Positions 35,836 through 45,607 of a stretch of DNA of 64,000 bases are shown piece after piece. Each line of letters opens with the position of its first letter. Position 1 is the first letter of the stretch. Under the pieces are notes generated by a model. That model was not told the DNA's origin, searched no databases, and worked only from the letters and a program-made list of their open reading frames with translations. A program made the translations under genes and the position numbers. The DNA is from a virus, in the IMG/VR virus record IMGVR_UViG_3300020057_000496, positions 102,853 to 166,852 of that record; one strand, given 5' to 3'.

Positions 35836-36596
35836 TGATCTCCATTATAATGGGATACAGGGACCGCGTATTTCAGTTTAAGCAGACCCTGGACAGCTAT
35901 GTACACTTCTATCACGACATCATGGACGAAATACAATTAGTCGTAGTGGACGACACCTCGACAAATAGTCAATGTCTAGACTTACTCCAACTTTATAATA
36001 TTCCATTCCACTATAAGGCAATCGACCGTCGGGACAAAGAGTTCAGGAATCCGGTTACGGCATATAACCTAGCGGCGAGCATGGCTAAGTATGAATATTT
36101 AAACATCACGAACCCCGAGAATATGCACCTAAGTCCAGTCCTGCACCACGCACGCGGGTGGCTAGCTGAGAATAGGTACTTAGTTTACGGATGTAAGTAC
36201 TCGATACGTGGCCGTGTTGAATTCAATGACGTGTTATTAAATAACGACCTATCTATCGGGCCTGACTCATTAGGGTGGCACCAGCATACCGAGCATAATA
36301 ATAGACTTCTGCATTTTTCGACTATTATTAGTAAGTCTGACTTTTTTAGAATTGGAGGATTTGACGAGCGGTACGTGGACGGAGTTGGGTTCGATGACAA
36401 TGATTTTGCGGAGTCTGTAGTCTCGTCTGGCATGGAGGTGTTGGCTTTCGACGACCCGTGCGTTCTCCACCAGGAGCACGACCGCTCTTACGTACACAAT
36501 AACTATGCAGTTGGGTTCAATAGGAACGAAGACTTGTATTTTCAGAAATGGGCAAAGAAGGCACCGGTCCATAGACCTGGAGTTGGGGTTAGGTGA
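35835..36596 (+). CDS. GT2/GT7-like glycosyltransferase
   Basis: ISIIMGYRDR, VVVDD, NPE, IGGFDERY..GFDDNDF. Confidence 0.88.
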   Translation: MISIIMGYRDRVFQFKQTLDSYVHFYHDIMDEIQLVVVDDTSTNSQCLDLLQLYNIPFHYKAIDRRDKEFRNPVTAYNLAASMAKYEYLNITNPENMHLSPVLHHARGWLAENRYLVYGCKYSIRGRVEFNDVLLNNDLSIGPDSLGWHQHTEHNNRLLHFSTIISKSDFFRIGGFDERYVDGVGFDDNDFAESVVSSGMEVLAFDDPCVLHQEHDRSYVHNNYAVGFNRNEDLYFQKWAKKAPVHRPGVGVR

Positions 36597-37336
36597 TTTC
36601 TGTTTTAATGTCTTACTATAGACGGCCAGATCACCTTCGGAATACCCTGGAGTCATATCGGCATCACTATAGCGATATGGACATAGAGGTAGTAGTAGTA
36701 GAGGACACCCCGGACGACGGCGGGAAGGCGTGTGGCCGCGTCCTCTCGGAGGGTGGAATTCCCTATCAGCACATAACGGTAAATCGTAGTGATAAGACGT
36801 ATCGCAATCCGGGAGTATTGTGCAACAAGGCCGCCGAGCTAGCGAAGTACGAGGTGCTCCACTTGACGAATCCGGAGAATATGCACATGGGGCCAATTTT
36901 GTCTCACTGCGTAGACTATATTAAGCCTGATAATTACTTAGTCTACGGGTGTCGCTCCTTGAGAACTCTACCTTCTTCATTCACATCAGCTCGTGCGTGT
37001 ATTGAAGATATGACCTACTGGGAAGAGTGTGACGGGTGGTACCAGCATTCCGTTATTCACAATCGTCTTCTTCATTTCGCTACTGTGATCTCCAAGGATC
37101 TTTACTTCAGTGTGGGTGGCTTTGACCCAAGATTCGACGACGGGGTCGGCTACGAAGACAACGACTTTATTCGGCGTATTAAGAGTAGGAATATCCCTGT
37201 GCTGACATTCGACGAGCCTTACGCGGCGCACCAGGTTCACGAACGTGGACATTGGAATGGGGACGGCTCTCTGGTTAATCAAGCGGTGTACCGGGATATC
37301 TGGGGCGAGAATGCCGTAAAGCACTGGTGGGACTAA
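36593..37336 (+). CDS. GT2/GT7-like glycosyltransferase (paralog of upstream gene)
   Basis: ISVLMSYYRR, NPENMH, VGGFDPRF..GYEDNDF. Confidence 0.88.
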   Translation: MISVLMSYYRRPDHLRNTLESYRHHYSDMDIEVVVVEDTPDDGGKACGRVLSEGGIPYQHITVNRSDKTYRNPGVLCNKAAELAKYEVLHLTNPENMHMGPILSHCVDYIKPDNYLVYGCRSLRTLPSSFTSARACIEDMTYWEECDGWYQHSVIHNRLLHFATVISKDLYFSVGGFDPRFDDGVGYEDNDFIRRIKSRNIPVLTFDEPYAAHQVHERGHWNGDGSLVNQAVYRDIWGENAVKHWWD

Positions 37337-37377
37337 TGTTCTGGTCTATTTTAATTGCGGCGCGGAGCGAATCCTGA
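37336..37377 (+). pseudogene. N-terminal stub of a GT2 gene
   Basis: MFWSILIAARSES* matches the start of 38101 (LWSILIAA). Confidence 0.5.
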
Positions 37378-38016
37378 ATGGAGTGTCCTGATATTTTTAT
37401 TCCGTCATGTAGGCCAAGCCTCGCGGCCGAGGCGAAGGCCCTCCTCCCGGAATATGCCCAGATATTCGACGGTACGGGCATGAAATGTTACTCCTGGATG
37501 ATTAACGCATGTATTGTTCGCAGTAATACGGAAGTGGTAATTATCTGCAATGACAGAGCCAGGCCAGTGCCCGGACAACTGGACAAGCTATGCGGACTAC
37601 TCGCAAGCGGGTATGGCCTAGTTGGCTTACATAGATTTGGTTTTTATGGCTTTCATAAGGACCTGATCCGTAGGATAGGGTTCTTTGATGAGAGATTTAT
37701 ACTGGGGGAGTTCGAAGACTGTGATATTCTGCGCAGGATGCGCGAGGCCGAGATTGCATACTACGAATCAGAGGAGGTTTCCTATCTCTATGTCAGTTCT
37801 AATTTTACCGAATGGAATACCATGAAGGCGAAGGAGCATTTCCATAAGAAGTGGCATCATCAGGAGGGGCTATTAGCAAGGTTACTCCCGGAAGAGCAGT
37901 ACGATTACGATATTGGCAAAGATACTGGTACCACCTTTCTTCCATGGAGCGCGAGTGAATTTCTCGACCAATCGTCCTCTTTCTTGACGGTATCTTACGA
38001 GAATAGAGTTCCGTGA
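37378..38016 (+). CDS. GT-A fold glycosyltransferase
   Basis: IICND, IGFFDERFILGEFEDCD. Confidence 0.8.
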   Translation: MECPDIFIPSCRPSLAAEAKALLPEYAQIFDGTGMKCYSWMINACIVRSNTEVVIICNDRARPVPGQLDKLCGLLASGYGLVGLHRFGFYGFHKDLIRRIGFFDERFILGEFEDCDILRRMREAEIAYYESEEVSYLYVSSNFTEWNTMKAKEHFHKKWHHQEGLLARLLPEEQYDYDIGKDTGTTFLPWSASEFLDQSSSFLTVSYENRVP

Positions 38017-38100
38017 TAGCCTGGCAACTGGGAAGTCTGGCGGCATAGTGGTCAGCAGAACCTTATATGAAAAAATATGGAATAAATCAACCATAAAGAA

Positions 38101-38685
38101 TTGGCCGAGATAGTGCTTTGGTCAATTCTCATTGCGGCCGTCCCTTCTCGCGTGGCTAGTTGCCTGGCTGGACTTATTACCGACCTACACGAGCAGACTC
38201 AATTCCTTGACAATGTGGAGATATTGACATTACTCGACAACAAGCAACGTAGTGTCGGCGCGAAGCGTAATGCGTTACTACAACTAGCGCAGGGTGATTA
38301 TGTGTCATTCATTGACGACGACGACCAAATCGCGGACGACTATGTATTGAGCATAGTTGATAAGTTAAAGTTAGGTCCGGACGTTGTATGTTTCGACGTG
38401 CTCTGTACGGTGGGGAAGCAAAAGAAGTACTGTCACTACGGAATTGAGTACAATGGATATAGGTGTAGGAATCTTCCGAACGGCGACGAGGAGTGGTGGA
38501 CTCGTCCGTACCATCTCCATCCATGGAGGAAGAGCGTAGTCGGCTGGTTCCCTAATATATCACTCGGAGAGGACACGCAGTGGGGTTCGAATATTGACAT
38601 TAGCCAGGTGCGTCAAGAGAAGATAGACAAGACATTGTATTACTATAGGTATAACCCGAAAGCAACGGAGATTGAAAGAAAGTGA
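38101..38685 (+). CDS. GT2 glycosyltransferase
   Basis: SVGAKRNALL, YVSFIDDDD, GED. Confidence 0.88.
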   Translation: MAEIVLWSILIAAVPSRVASCLAGLITDLHEQTQFLDNVEILTLLDNKQRSVGAKRNALLQLAQGDYVSFIDDDDQIADDYVLSIVDKLKLGPDVVCFDVLCTVGKQKKYCHYGIEYNGYRCRNLPNGDEEWWTRPYHLHPWRKSVVGWFPNISLGEDTQWGSNIDISQVRQEKIDKTLYYYRYNPKATEIERK

Positions 38686-39254
38686 AACTCAGCATTCTAG
38701 TTCCGACAGTTCCTTCCAGGATAGAAACATTCTATCCTAAGATCATGAATGAACTAAATCGACAGGTGGGCGAGAATCCGGAGATCGAGATCCTTGCATT
38801 CTATGACAACAAGCGTCGAAGTGTTGGTTCGAAAAGAAATGCATTGATAGAATTGTCACGCGGAGAGTTTATTTGTTTCGTGGACGACGACGACGAGGTC
38901 GCCGAAGACTATATCGAGAAGATTGTTCAAATGATAGACCGACATCCGGACTCCGACGTTGTCGTATTTGATGTCCTGTGTACGATTGATGGTGCACAAA
39001 AGCAGTACTGTCGGTACGGAATAGAGTTAGAATATACCACTGACCATAATAACTGGTATGGCAAGCCCGCACACACGCACGTCTGGAGAAGGGAGATTGC
39101 GAGAATGGCGCACTTTTCCGAACGACCGTGCGGTGAGGACATAGACTGGGTGTCCGAGGCTTGGCCGCGAGTCAAGATTCAGCATAAAATTGAGAAGGTC
39201 CTGTATTACTATAACTTCAACGAAAAAACTACAGAAACTCGACCAAGAAGCTGA
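38682..39254 (+). CDS. GT2 glycosyltransferase (paralog of upstream gene)
   Basis: SVGSKRNAL, FICFVDDDD, GED. Confidence 0.9.
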   Translation: MKLSILVPTVPSRIETFYPKIMNELNRQVGENPEIEILAFYDNKRRSVGSKRNALIELSRGEFICFVDDDDEVAEDYIEKIVQMIDRHPDSDVVVFDVLCTIDGAQKQYCRYGIELEYTTDHNNWYGKPAHTHVWRREIARMAHFSERPCGEDIDWVSEAWPRVKIQHKIEKVLYYYNFNEKTTETRPRS

Positions 39255-39263
39255 ATACTTAAT

Positions 39264-39965
39264 ATGCACAAAAAAGATAACGTAGATGTTACCGTTATTG
39301 GGCTTATTTATAGAAGTAAGAAGTGGCTAGATTTCTTGCTGGATCAACTGAGTATTGCGAAGAACAACTGTTCGTATAAGACATTGATTGTCGCTAACGA
39401 TCCTTATCTAGAAATCCGGACGGACCACAGGGTTGGGTATGTCCACGACAACCCGGACACGTCAGTGCATTACATAAAGAGAGTTTATTCCGCATGGAAT
39501 AGATCAGTTGAGGTGGCCGACACGAGGTACGTAGTTCTCGTAAATTCCGATATGGCATTCGCTGACGGCTGGCTGGATGCGCTCGTGCGGTACGGGGGGA
39601 CTAACATTCTCCCGACTTCACTCTTGGTTGAGTCGGGACGCATCCCCTCAGCGATGCCGGAGTACGTCAAGGACTGCGGGGTGACGCCGGACACATTCGA
39701 CCGTCGAAAATTCGTGGACTTCGCGTCCGAGATCCGCTGTCGGGCGATCGAACGCGGAAGGCTCTTTATGCCCGTCCTGTTCGAGCGAGAGAGATTCCTG
39801 GCAATGGGCGGGTACCCGGACGGAAACATCTATCACCCGGACGGAAGGGTCGAAAGTGGTGATGCATTTTTCTTTGACCGACTGGTTGCGTCCGGAATGG
39901 AGTGGGTGACTGTCATGGACAGTGTCTGTTATCACGTACAACAAGGGGAACAGGACTTATCTTGA
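39264..39965 (+). CDS. GT2-like glycosyltransferase
   Basis: VYSAWN, VLVNSDM, GGY, SGD, YH. Confidence 0.82.
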   Translation: MHKKDNVDVTVIGLIYRSKKWLDFLLDQLSIAKNNCSYKTLIVANDPYLEIRTDHRVGYVHDNPDTSVHYIKRVYSAWNRSVEVADTRYVVLVNSDMAFADGWLDALVRYGGTNILPTSLLVESGRIPSAMPEYVKDCGVTPDTFDRRKFVDFASEIRCRAIERGRLFMPVLFERERFLAMGGYPDGNIYHPDGRVESGDAFFFDRLVASGMEWVTVMDSVCYHVQQGEQDLS

Positions 39966-40846
39966 GAGGGTGGCTTGTCAATGATTACCTAACGTGTATT
40001 CCTGGTACGTCTACTTTTTGGCACAACCTGTTGGAGTGGTTCCCGGAGTTAGTAGACAAGACCGGCGTAGACTTCCCTTTCCTTGCTGATTCAGTGGAGC
40101 GGGATGCCGAGGTCGAAGGCTGTCCAGATCTCGTAATACGGAACGCCAGCTACTTCCGCCCACTCAATCTCACCACCCGGACCGTGTCCCTCCTACAGGA
40201 CATCGGCAGTTCGGACGAACAGCGCGCCGTCTGTCTTGGCTCGGACGTTGTCGTTGCTAATTCCCGCTATACCCTCTCGCATTATCCTTACCTTACGAAC
40301 CACCGTGTCATTCCGTTAGGCGTAGATTTCGGGCTTTTTCGGCCACTGTCGGATACCTCTTCGCTCCGTGAGAAGTGGGGCATACACGGGGACACCGTCC
40401 TGTTTATTGGTTCGACAAATGAAATCAAGGGCTGGGCGGAAGTCGTCGAGTTGGTGACTCATTCGGACTATAATTTCGTGCTCGTACTGAAGGACACGGA
40501 CACCGTCCAGATTCAATCGAACAACTACCGGGTGGTTTCGCGGGTTGGTCACGAAGATCTTGTAGAGATTATCAACTGCTGTGACGTCGGTGTATGTACT
40601 TCCGTAACCGAAACGCAACACCTTGCAGGGATCGAGATGGGGGCGTGCGGGCTTCCGATGGTAACAACGAACGTCGGTGCTTACTACAACCTTGAGTCAG
40701 GTGACTGGGGGTGTCGCTATGGGGACATTGGGTCAGCGATTGACTGGGCAATGACCGCCGACCTGAATCCGCGCGCTTACTGGCAGAATGCTGGCATGTC
40801 ACTTGAGTCGTGCCGAAAGGAATGGAGCGAGATTGTTTATGGTTAA
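39962..40846 (+). CDS. GT4 (GT-B) glycosyltransferase
   Basis: IPLGVDFGLF, KG, ETQHLAGIEMGACGLPMVTTNVG. Confidence 0.88.
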   Translation: MRGWLVNDYLTCIPGTSTFWHNLLEWFPELVDKTGVDFPFLADSVERDAEVEGCPDLVIRNASYFRPLNLTTRTVSLLQDIGSSDEQRAVCLGSDVVVANSRYTLSHYPYLTNHRVIPLGVDFGLFRPLSDTSSLREKWGIHGDTVLFIGSTNEIKGWAEVVELVTHSDYNFVLVLKDTDTVQIQSNNYRVVSRVGHEDLVEIINCCDVGVCTSVTETQHLAGIEMGACGLPMVTTNVGAYYNLESGDWGCRYGDIGSAIDWAMTADLNPRAYWQNAGMSLESCRKEWSEIVYG

Positions 40847-41702
40847 GTGGAACTTAGAACAAATACCAAAGATTGTTCACTTTTACTGGGGCAGGACGCC
40901 GCTTAATTTCATGCGTTATCTTTCGGTGAAGTCGTTTGCCGCGCATAATCCGGACTGGCAAATTCTCGTGCATGTACCGGTGGAGTCCCAGATCATTAAT
41001 ATCTGGCCATGGGCGAGCCTGGAGCATACGACTCGTGCGGTACCAGATATTGACTATTTCGAACAACTCTGGAGTATTCCGGGGGTTCAAAAAATAGAGC
41101 ACGAGTTGTCACGTGAAATTTCTAGATGGTCCGACGTGCACAGGTCTGACTACTTAAGGCTCACCGTGGTCTTTGAACACGGAGGGTTCTGGTCTGATTT
41201 TGATGTTCTTTACGCCAAGCCAATGACTAACCTACTCGTGAACCACACCCCGTCCATGGAGGCTATTTTCTGCCCGTGCCACAGCCATGCGGCTGGGTTT
41301 AGCGGTTACGTGATTGGACTATGGGGCGCGGCTGAGCAGTGCGGTTTTGTTACGCAAATACTGAATGAAGTTAGTCGGGCCGAAAAGCGAGATGAATACC
41401 AGTCTATTGGAAGCGACCTTTGGAACAAGTGCCTGCCATGGTCACAGCTTCTGGGCCGTGGCGCGAGTGTAGCGAATCTCGGTACGGCAAGTGTTTATCA
41501 CTTCAATTATTTAGATATCCATGACTCTCTTAGGGCTCGATCAGGGGTACCCTACGGGGCGGATGTTCTAGATTTTCATGAGATTGGAATTCACTGGTAT
41601 GGTGGCGATCCAGTGATGTGCAGACTGGCGTCAGTAATTGACGAACACAACTATGCCGAGATGGGGCAACTTTACTCGTCCATTATCGAACCGATCCTTT
41701 AG
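40839..41702 (+). CDS. GT32/DXD-type glycosyltransferase
   Basis: IPKIVHFYW, SDYLR, HGGFWSDFD. Confidence 0.88.
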   Translation: MVKWNLEQIPKIVHFYWGRTPLNFMRYLSVKSFAAHNPDWQILVHVPVESQIINIWPWASLEHTTRAVPDIDYFEQLWSIPGVQKIEHELSREISRWSDVHRSDYLRLTVVFEHGGFWSDFDVLYAKPMTNLLVNHTPSMEAIFCPCHSHAAGFSGYVIGLWGAAEQCGFVTQILNEVSRAEKRDEYQSIGSDLWNKCLPWSQLLGRGASVANLGTASVYHFNYLDIHDSLRARSGVPYGADVLDFHEIGIHWYGGDPVMCRLASVIDEHNYAEMGQLYSSIIEPIL

Positions 41703-41704
41703 CG

Positions 41705-42478
41705 ATGAAAACTTGCTTGATATATCCGTCATTTAATCGAGCCGACCTATTGAAGATTACATTAAGGCGGCTAGCCAGTATCCGTCGCTCTGAAGAAATT
41801 GAGATTATTGTCGTCAACGACGGACTTGATGACGGGACGGAGCAGGTTGTTGCGGAAAGTAACTTGCCATATAAATACTTCTTCACTGGCCAGCGCCACG
41901 AGAATGGGGTTGTCCGAAGAAATCCTGGGGTAGTTCACAACATAGGCGTAAGGAATAGTGATTCGGACTTTATTATCATTACTAGCCCCGAGATATACCT
42001 ATGGGATGACTGTTCGCTATCTAAAACAATTGAGGCGACTAGCGGAAATAGAAAAGCACTGGTCACGCCAAGTGATGTAGTGGACGATCAAGACGGGTAC
42101 GGTCTTTTCAGGCTACGTAATGGCCATGAAGTTGACACTCTGGAGTGTCTCATGTCGCACCGGGCGACTGGTCCATTTGTTTCGAACCGCTACATGCCTT
42201 ACTGGATGGGTATGTGGAGGTCTGAATTCGAATTGATTGGCGGCTACGACGAAGATCTAACTGGCACGTGCTCCGACGACAACGACCTGGTGGACAGACT
42301 TCTGTGGAATGGATGTAGCTACTTGCACGAGAATTTTTACGCTGTTCACCTATATCACCCAAAGCCAGACCCGGACAGCGTGCTAAATGATCCGTTGTAT
42401 AAATTCAACCTCGACGTAAGGGCAAGTAAGGGACGGTCAATTGTCCGTAACGCGGGGCGCGTCTGGGGTAAGCTGTGA
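41705..42478 (+). CDS. GT2/GT7-like glycosyltransferase
   Basis: FNRA, IVVNDG, SPE, IGGYDEDL..DDND, HLYH. Confidence 0.88.
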   Translation: MKTCLIYPSFNRADLLKITLRRLASIRRSEEIEIIVVNDGLDDGTEQVVAESNLPYKYFFTGQRHENGVVRRNPGVVHNIGVRNSDSDFIIITSPEIYLWDDCSLSKTIEATSGNRKALVTPSDVVDDQDGYGLFRLRNGHEVDTLECLMSHRATGPFVSNRYMPYWMGMWRSEFELIGGYDEDLTGTCSDDNDLVDRLLWNGCSYLHENFYAVHLYHPKPDPDSVLNDPLYKFNLDVRASKGRSIVRNAGRVWGKL

Positions 42479-43227
42479 TAGCCGATTGCTTCTGTTTCTT
42501 TAACGAGCTAGAGCTTCTTAAAGCTCGTTGTGAAATCCTAAAGGACGTAGTTGATGTTTTCGTCTTAGTTGAGTCTAGATTTACTTTTACTGGGGAAAGG
42601 AAGATTCTTTTTTTCGAAGAAAATAAACATCTATTCGATCAGTACAATATTCATCACGTGATTTGTGATGATATGCCCAATAATGGAAATGCTTGGGACA
42701 ATGAGTATCATCAGCGAAGTAAGATCTGCCCGGTCGAAATTGCGAATGACTGGCTTATCATTGGCGATCTTGATGAAATTCCAGATCCGGGTGCGACCAT
42801 AAATGCGCACAGGAACGGGGAGCGTGATAAGTTTTACGTATTTCGAGGCCCAACATGTTATTATAAAATGACCTGGATGTCTGTCATTTGGGATGGATCT
42901 AAGATTGTGCACCGAAGCTATATGAATAAGGTGTCAGGGGACCCCGCTCAGTTCAGGAACATATGGCAGGGCGAGGACCGTATTACGATTGATGGCGGTT
43001 GGCACTTTAGTTATCTACTAACTGGTGAAATTGACGAATCGATTCGATATAAAATGAACAGCTTCTCTCATACTGAATTCAGAAATGAAATAGACAGAAC
43101 GATTAGTGATGCAAAAAAAATGATTGACCCAAGGCGGCGGGGGTTGTCTCGTATGTCGATCTCGGAATTGCCTGAGTATATTCAGAAAAACCAGGACCAT
43201 TACAGACAAATTGGCTGGATTGATTGA
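42475..43227 (+). CDS. GT17 (GnT-III-like N-acetylglucosaminyltransferase) protein
   Basis: DCFCFFNELELL, FVLVES..TFTG, E..QR, GDLDEIP, GGWHFSY, FSHTE. Confidence 0.9.
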   Translation: MIADCFCFFNELELLKARCEILKDVVDVFVLVESRFTFTGERKILFFEENKHLFDQYNIHHVICDDMPNNGNAWDNEYHQRSKICPVEIANDWLIIGDLDEIPDPGATINAHRNGERDKFYVFRGPTCYYKMTWMSVIWDGSKIVHRSYMNKVSGDPAQFRNIWQGEDRITIDGGWHFSYLLTGEIDESIRYKMNSFSHTEFRNEIDRTISDAKKMIDPRRRGLSRMSISELPEYIQKNQDHYRQIGWID

Positions 43228-43963
43228 TATCGTACTGATAACAACTAATTGGTCTCGTGAACGACTTGATATTCTAAGTCGAACCGAGTCGTACTTGGTT
43301 GGCAGTTTCGCCAAGAAAATCATGTCGGTAGATATGTTACCCAATGGAGCATTGGGGCGCGAGGATTTTTCTATATTCGCAAAAAATGGATGGGAGGTAT
43401 ATTTCGGTGAGGGCGGTGGTCGCAGTGGAATGGTGAATAATCAATTGCGAGGCATTAAGCATGCTACGGCTGAGTGGCTATTGTTATGCGAGGACGATGC
43501 GCCGCTTTTATTGTTTCCGGATATCTCAACACTAGAAGAAGGTGAGATAAACTGGTTGTGTTATAATTGCCACTTGAATGACGAGGACTTGCTCAATGAT
43601 TACGTTCAGGATCGTGGTTCGTATCTTGTGTCGAACGGTGGCGTCTTTATGATAAAACCCGTTAACTTGTGCGATAAGTGGCTCCTTACGTTTCCGGCAT
43701 CTATTACGAAGAAAAGCGTTATTCTTGCCCTGCACGAAGTGGCGGCTCGGATTGCGATCGGAACTTCAATTGAGGAAGGACTGAGCGTGGCATGGCGGGC
43801 GGGGAGCTTTGGTAACGTAGCCATATACCTGAATAGGGAAGTCCTTGATAACTTACATCGTATCACGACCAGTGACCTACATAAATTCGCGAACATGCGC
43901 TATTGGAACAATGATGAGTCCACGAGACATGGTTCTGTCGATAAGTCGTGCATGTGGTATTAG
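43220..43963 (+). CDS. putative GT-A fold glycosyltransferase
   Basis: LITT..R, SVD, WLLLCEDD. Confidence 0.6.
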   Translation: MIDIVLITTNWSRERLDILSRTESYLVGSFAKKIMSVDMLPNGALGREDFSIFAKNGWEVYFGEGGGRSGMVNNQLRGIKHATAEWLLLCEDDAPLLLFPDISTLEEGEINWLCYNCHLNDEDLLNDYVQDRGSYLVSNGGVFMIKPVNLCDKWLLTFPASITKKSVILALHEVAARIAIGTSIEEGLSVAWRAGSFGNVAIYLNREVLDNLHRITTSDLHKFANMRYWNNDESTRHGSVDKSCMWY

Positions 43964-44960
43964 CCAAATCGAACCGCGTCTATTGAGTCGTACTTCGACT
44001 CAACCCTTGTGACTTCTCCTAGTTTAAAGGCAGACTTAACGCAAGAAAAATGGAATAGAATGAAGGATGATATAGAGTACTACCTATGAACATCTTAACA
44101 TTAAAGGAACAGGAATCCGTAGGGAGGATTGAACCAAATAGCTTGATTAAAGCAGACTGCTTACATGCTATGAAGTTTATCGCAGACAAAAGCATCGATA
44201 TGGTGCTCTGCGATCCTCCCTACGGATAGTGGCACCACGGCTTGCAAATGGGATACAGTCATCCCATTTGAACCTATGTGGGCGCAGCTCAAGCGCATTG
44301 TGAAGCCGAACGGGGCGATTGTGCTGACGGCATCGCAGCCGTTCACGTCGGCGCTTGGGGCTTCAAATCTCACCATGCTTAGGTACTCTTGGATATGGAA
44401 AAAAACAGCGGCGACAGGGCATCTGAATGCGAGACGTATGCCTATGTCAGACAGTGAAGACATTCTTGTTTTTTACCGTCACCAACCTGTTTACAACCCC
44501 CAAGGTTTGACACCCCACGGAAAAACTACTCGGCGTGGTGGGAATGGTGGATGCTATGGTGAAAGCGGAAAAGAAAACTTCCAAGAGTTTACAAATTATC
44601 CTCGACGTACTTTAGAAATTGCGTCTCAAGGTGGTACAGTCCACCCCACCCAGAAGCCTGTCGCCCTGATGGAATACCTGATCCGCACCTACACCAACGA
44701 GGGCGAAACCGTTCTGGACTTCACGATGGGCAGCGGGACAACCGGAGTCGCCTGCATCCGCGCAGGCCGCAAATTCATCGGCATAGAGAAAGACCCGACG
44801 CACTACGCCACGGCACTGAAACGAATCACCGACGAATCACCGACGGACTCGCCTGCAGCTCGCTGAGGTTGGCGTGTCCGGGGCAAGCTGGATTAGCCAA
44901 ATCGAACCGTACCTATTGAGTCATACTTCGACTCGCCCCCTTGTGACTTCTCCTAGTTTA
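43959..44960 (+). repeat. about 68-bp direct repeats (43959-44026 and 44892-44960) flanking the MTase cassette
   Basis: ATTAGCCAAATCGAACCG..TATTGAGTC.TACTTCGACTC..CCCTTGTGACTTCTCCTAGTTTA in both copies. Confidence 0.9.
44086..44866 (+). pseudogene. N6/N4 DNA methyltransferase (beta class) interrupted by a 7-nt insertion with TAG right after DPPYG
   Basis: DPPYG* then +1 frame GTTACKWDTVIPFEPMW...HPTQKP...VLDFTMGSGTT. Confidence 0.85.
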
Positions 44961-45003
44961 GTGGCAAACTCTAGAGTAAGGCTTATAATAAATAAAGGAA
45001 AAT

Positions 45004-45243
45004 ATGCCGTCATCTACTGGAGGGCTTACTGGCCGTAAAAATGTAACTGGAAGAATAACTGGAGCAACTTCTGCTGGAGGGCTCACTGGCCGTAAAAACG
45101 GAACTGGAAGAATAACTGGAGCAAATTCCTCAGCGTCGACGATCACCCCTGCGGAGGTCTTCTGGTACCGGAAGGGGAAGGGGTACTTCAGTAGACTTGA
45201 TTTTGACAGTGTAGTTGACAATGCTGTCGTAAGCGACGGATAA
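45004..45243 (+). CDS. small virion-module protein with a 19-aa (57-bp) tandem repeat
   Basis: AAGGA RBS; GGLTGRKN.TGRITGA twice. Confidence 0.55.
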   Translation: MPSSTGGLTGRKNVTGRITGATSAGGLTGRKNGTGRITGANSSASTITPAEVFWYRKGKGYFSRLDFDSVVDNAVVSDG

Positions 45244-45249
45244 CTAGAT

Positions 45250-45597
45250 ATGATATTCGGCGGAACTGGAATCGAGATAGACGCCGGCAGCGACCTCTAT
45301 ATGGGGGCGATTGTCGACCCCTCGCGCGAGGCGGTATGGATTCCCCTGCCCAGTGTCTCGATGACTCATCTCTATGTCGCGTCGAGCCTGGCGCCGGGGG
45401 CGGGCGAAACATACGTCTTTACGGTCTACAAGAACACGGTCGCAACGTTGATGGTGGCAACCATCTCTAATTCGGAGACCTCGTCAAGCTATGTTGGAAC
45501 TATCACCTTTGCCGCAGGTGACAAGTTCTCTGTTAGAATCGTTTCGTCGGCAGGTGCGAGCACCGGTTTCGTGACATACTCGGCAAGAATCGAGTAG
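45250..45597 (+). CDS. hypothetical beta-sandwich virion/fibre protein
   Basis: APGAG..FTVYKN..FAAGDK pattern typical of fibre C-terminal domains. Confidence 0.6.
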   Translation: MIFGGTGIEIDAGSDLYMGAIVDPSREAVWIPLPSVSMTHLYVASSLAPGAGETYVFTVYKNTVATLMVATISNSETSSSYVGTITFAAGDKFSVRIVSSAGASTGFVTYSARIE

Positions 45598-45607
45598 AGG
45601 TATTCTT

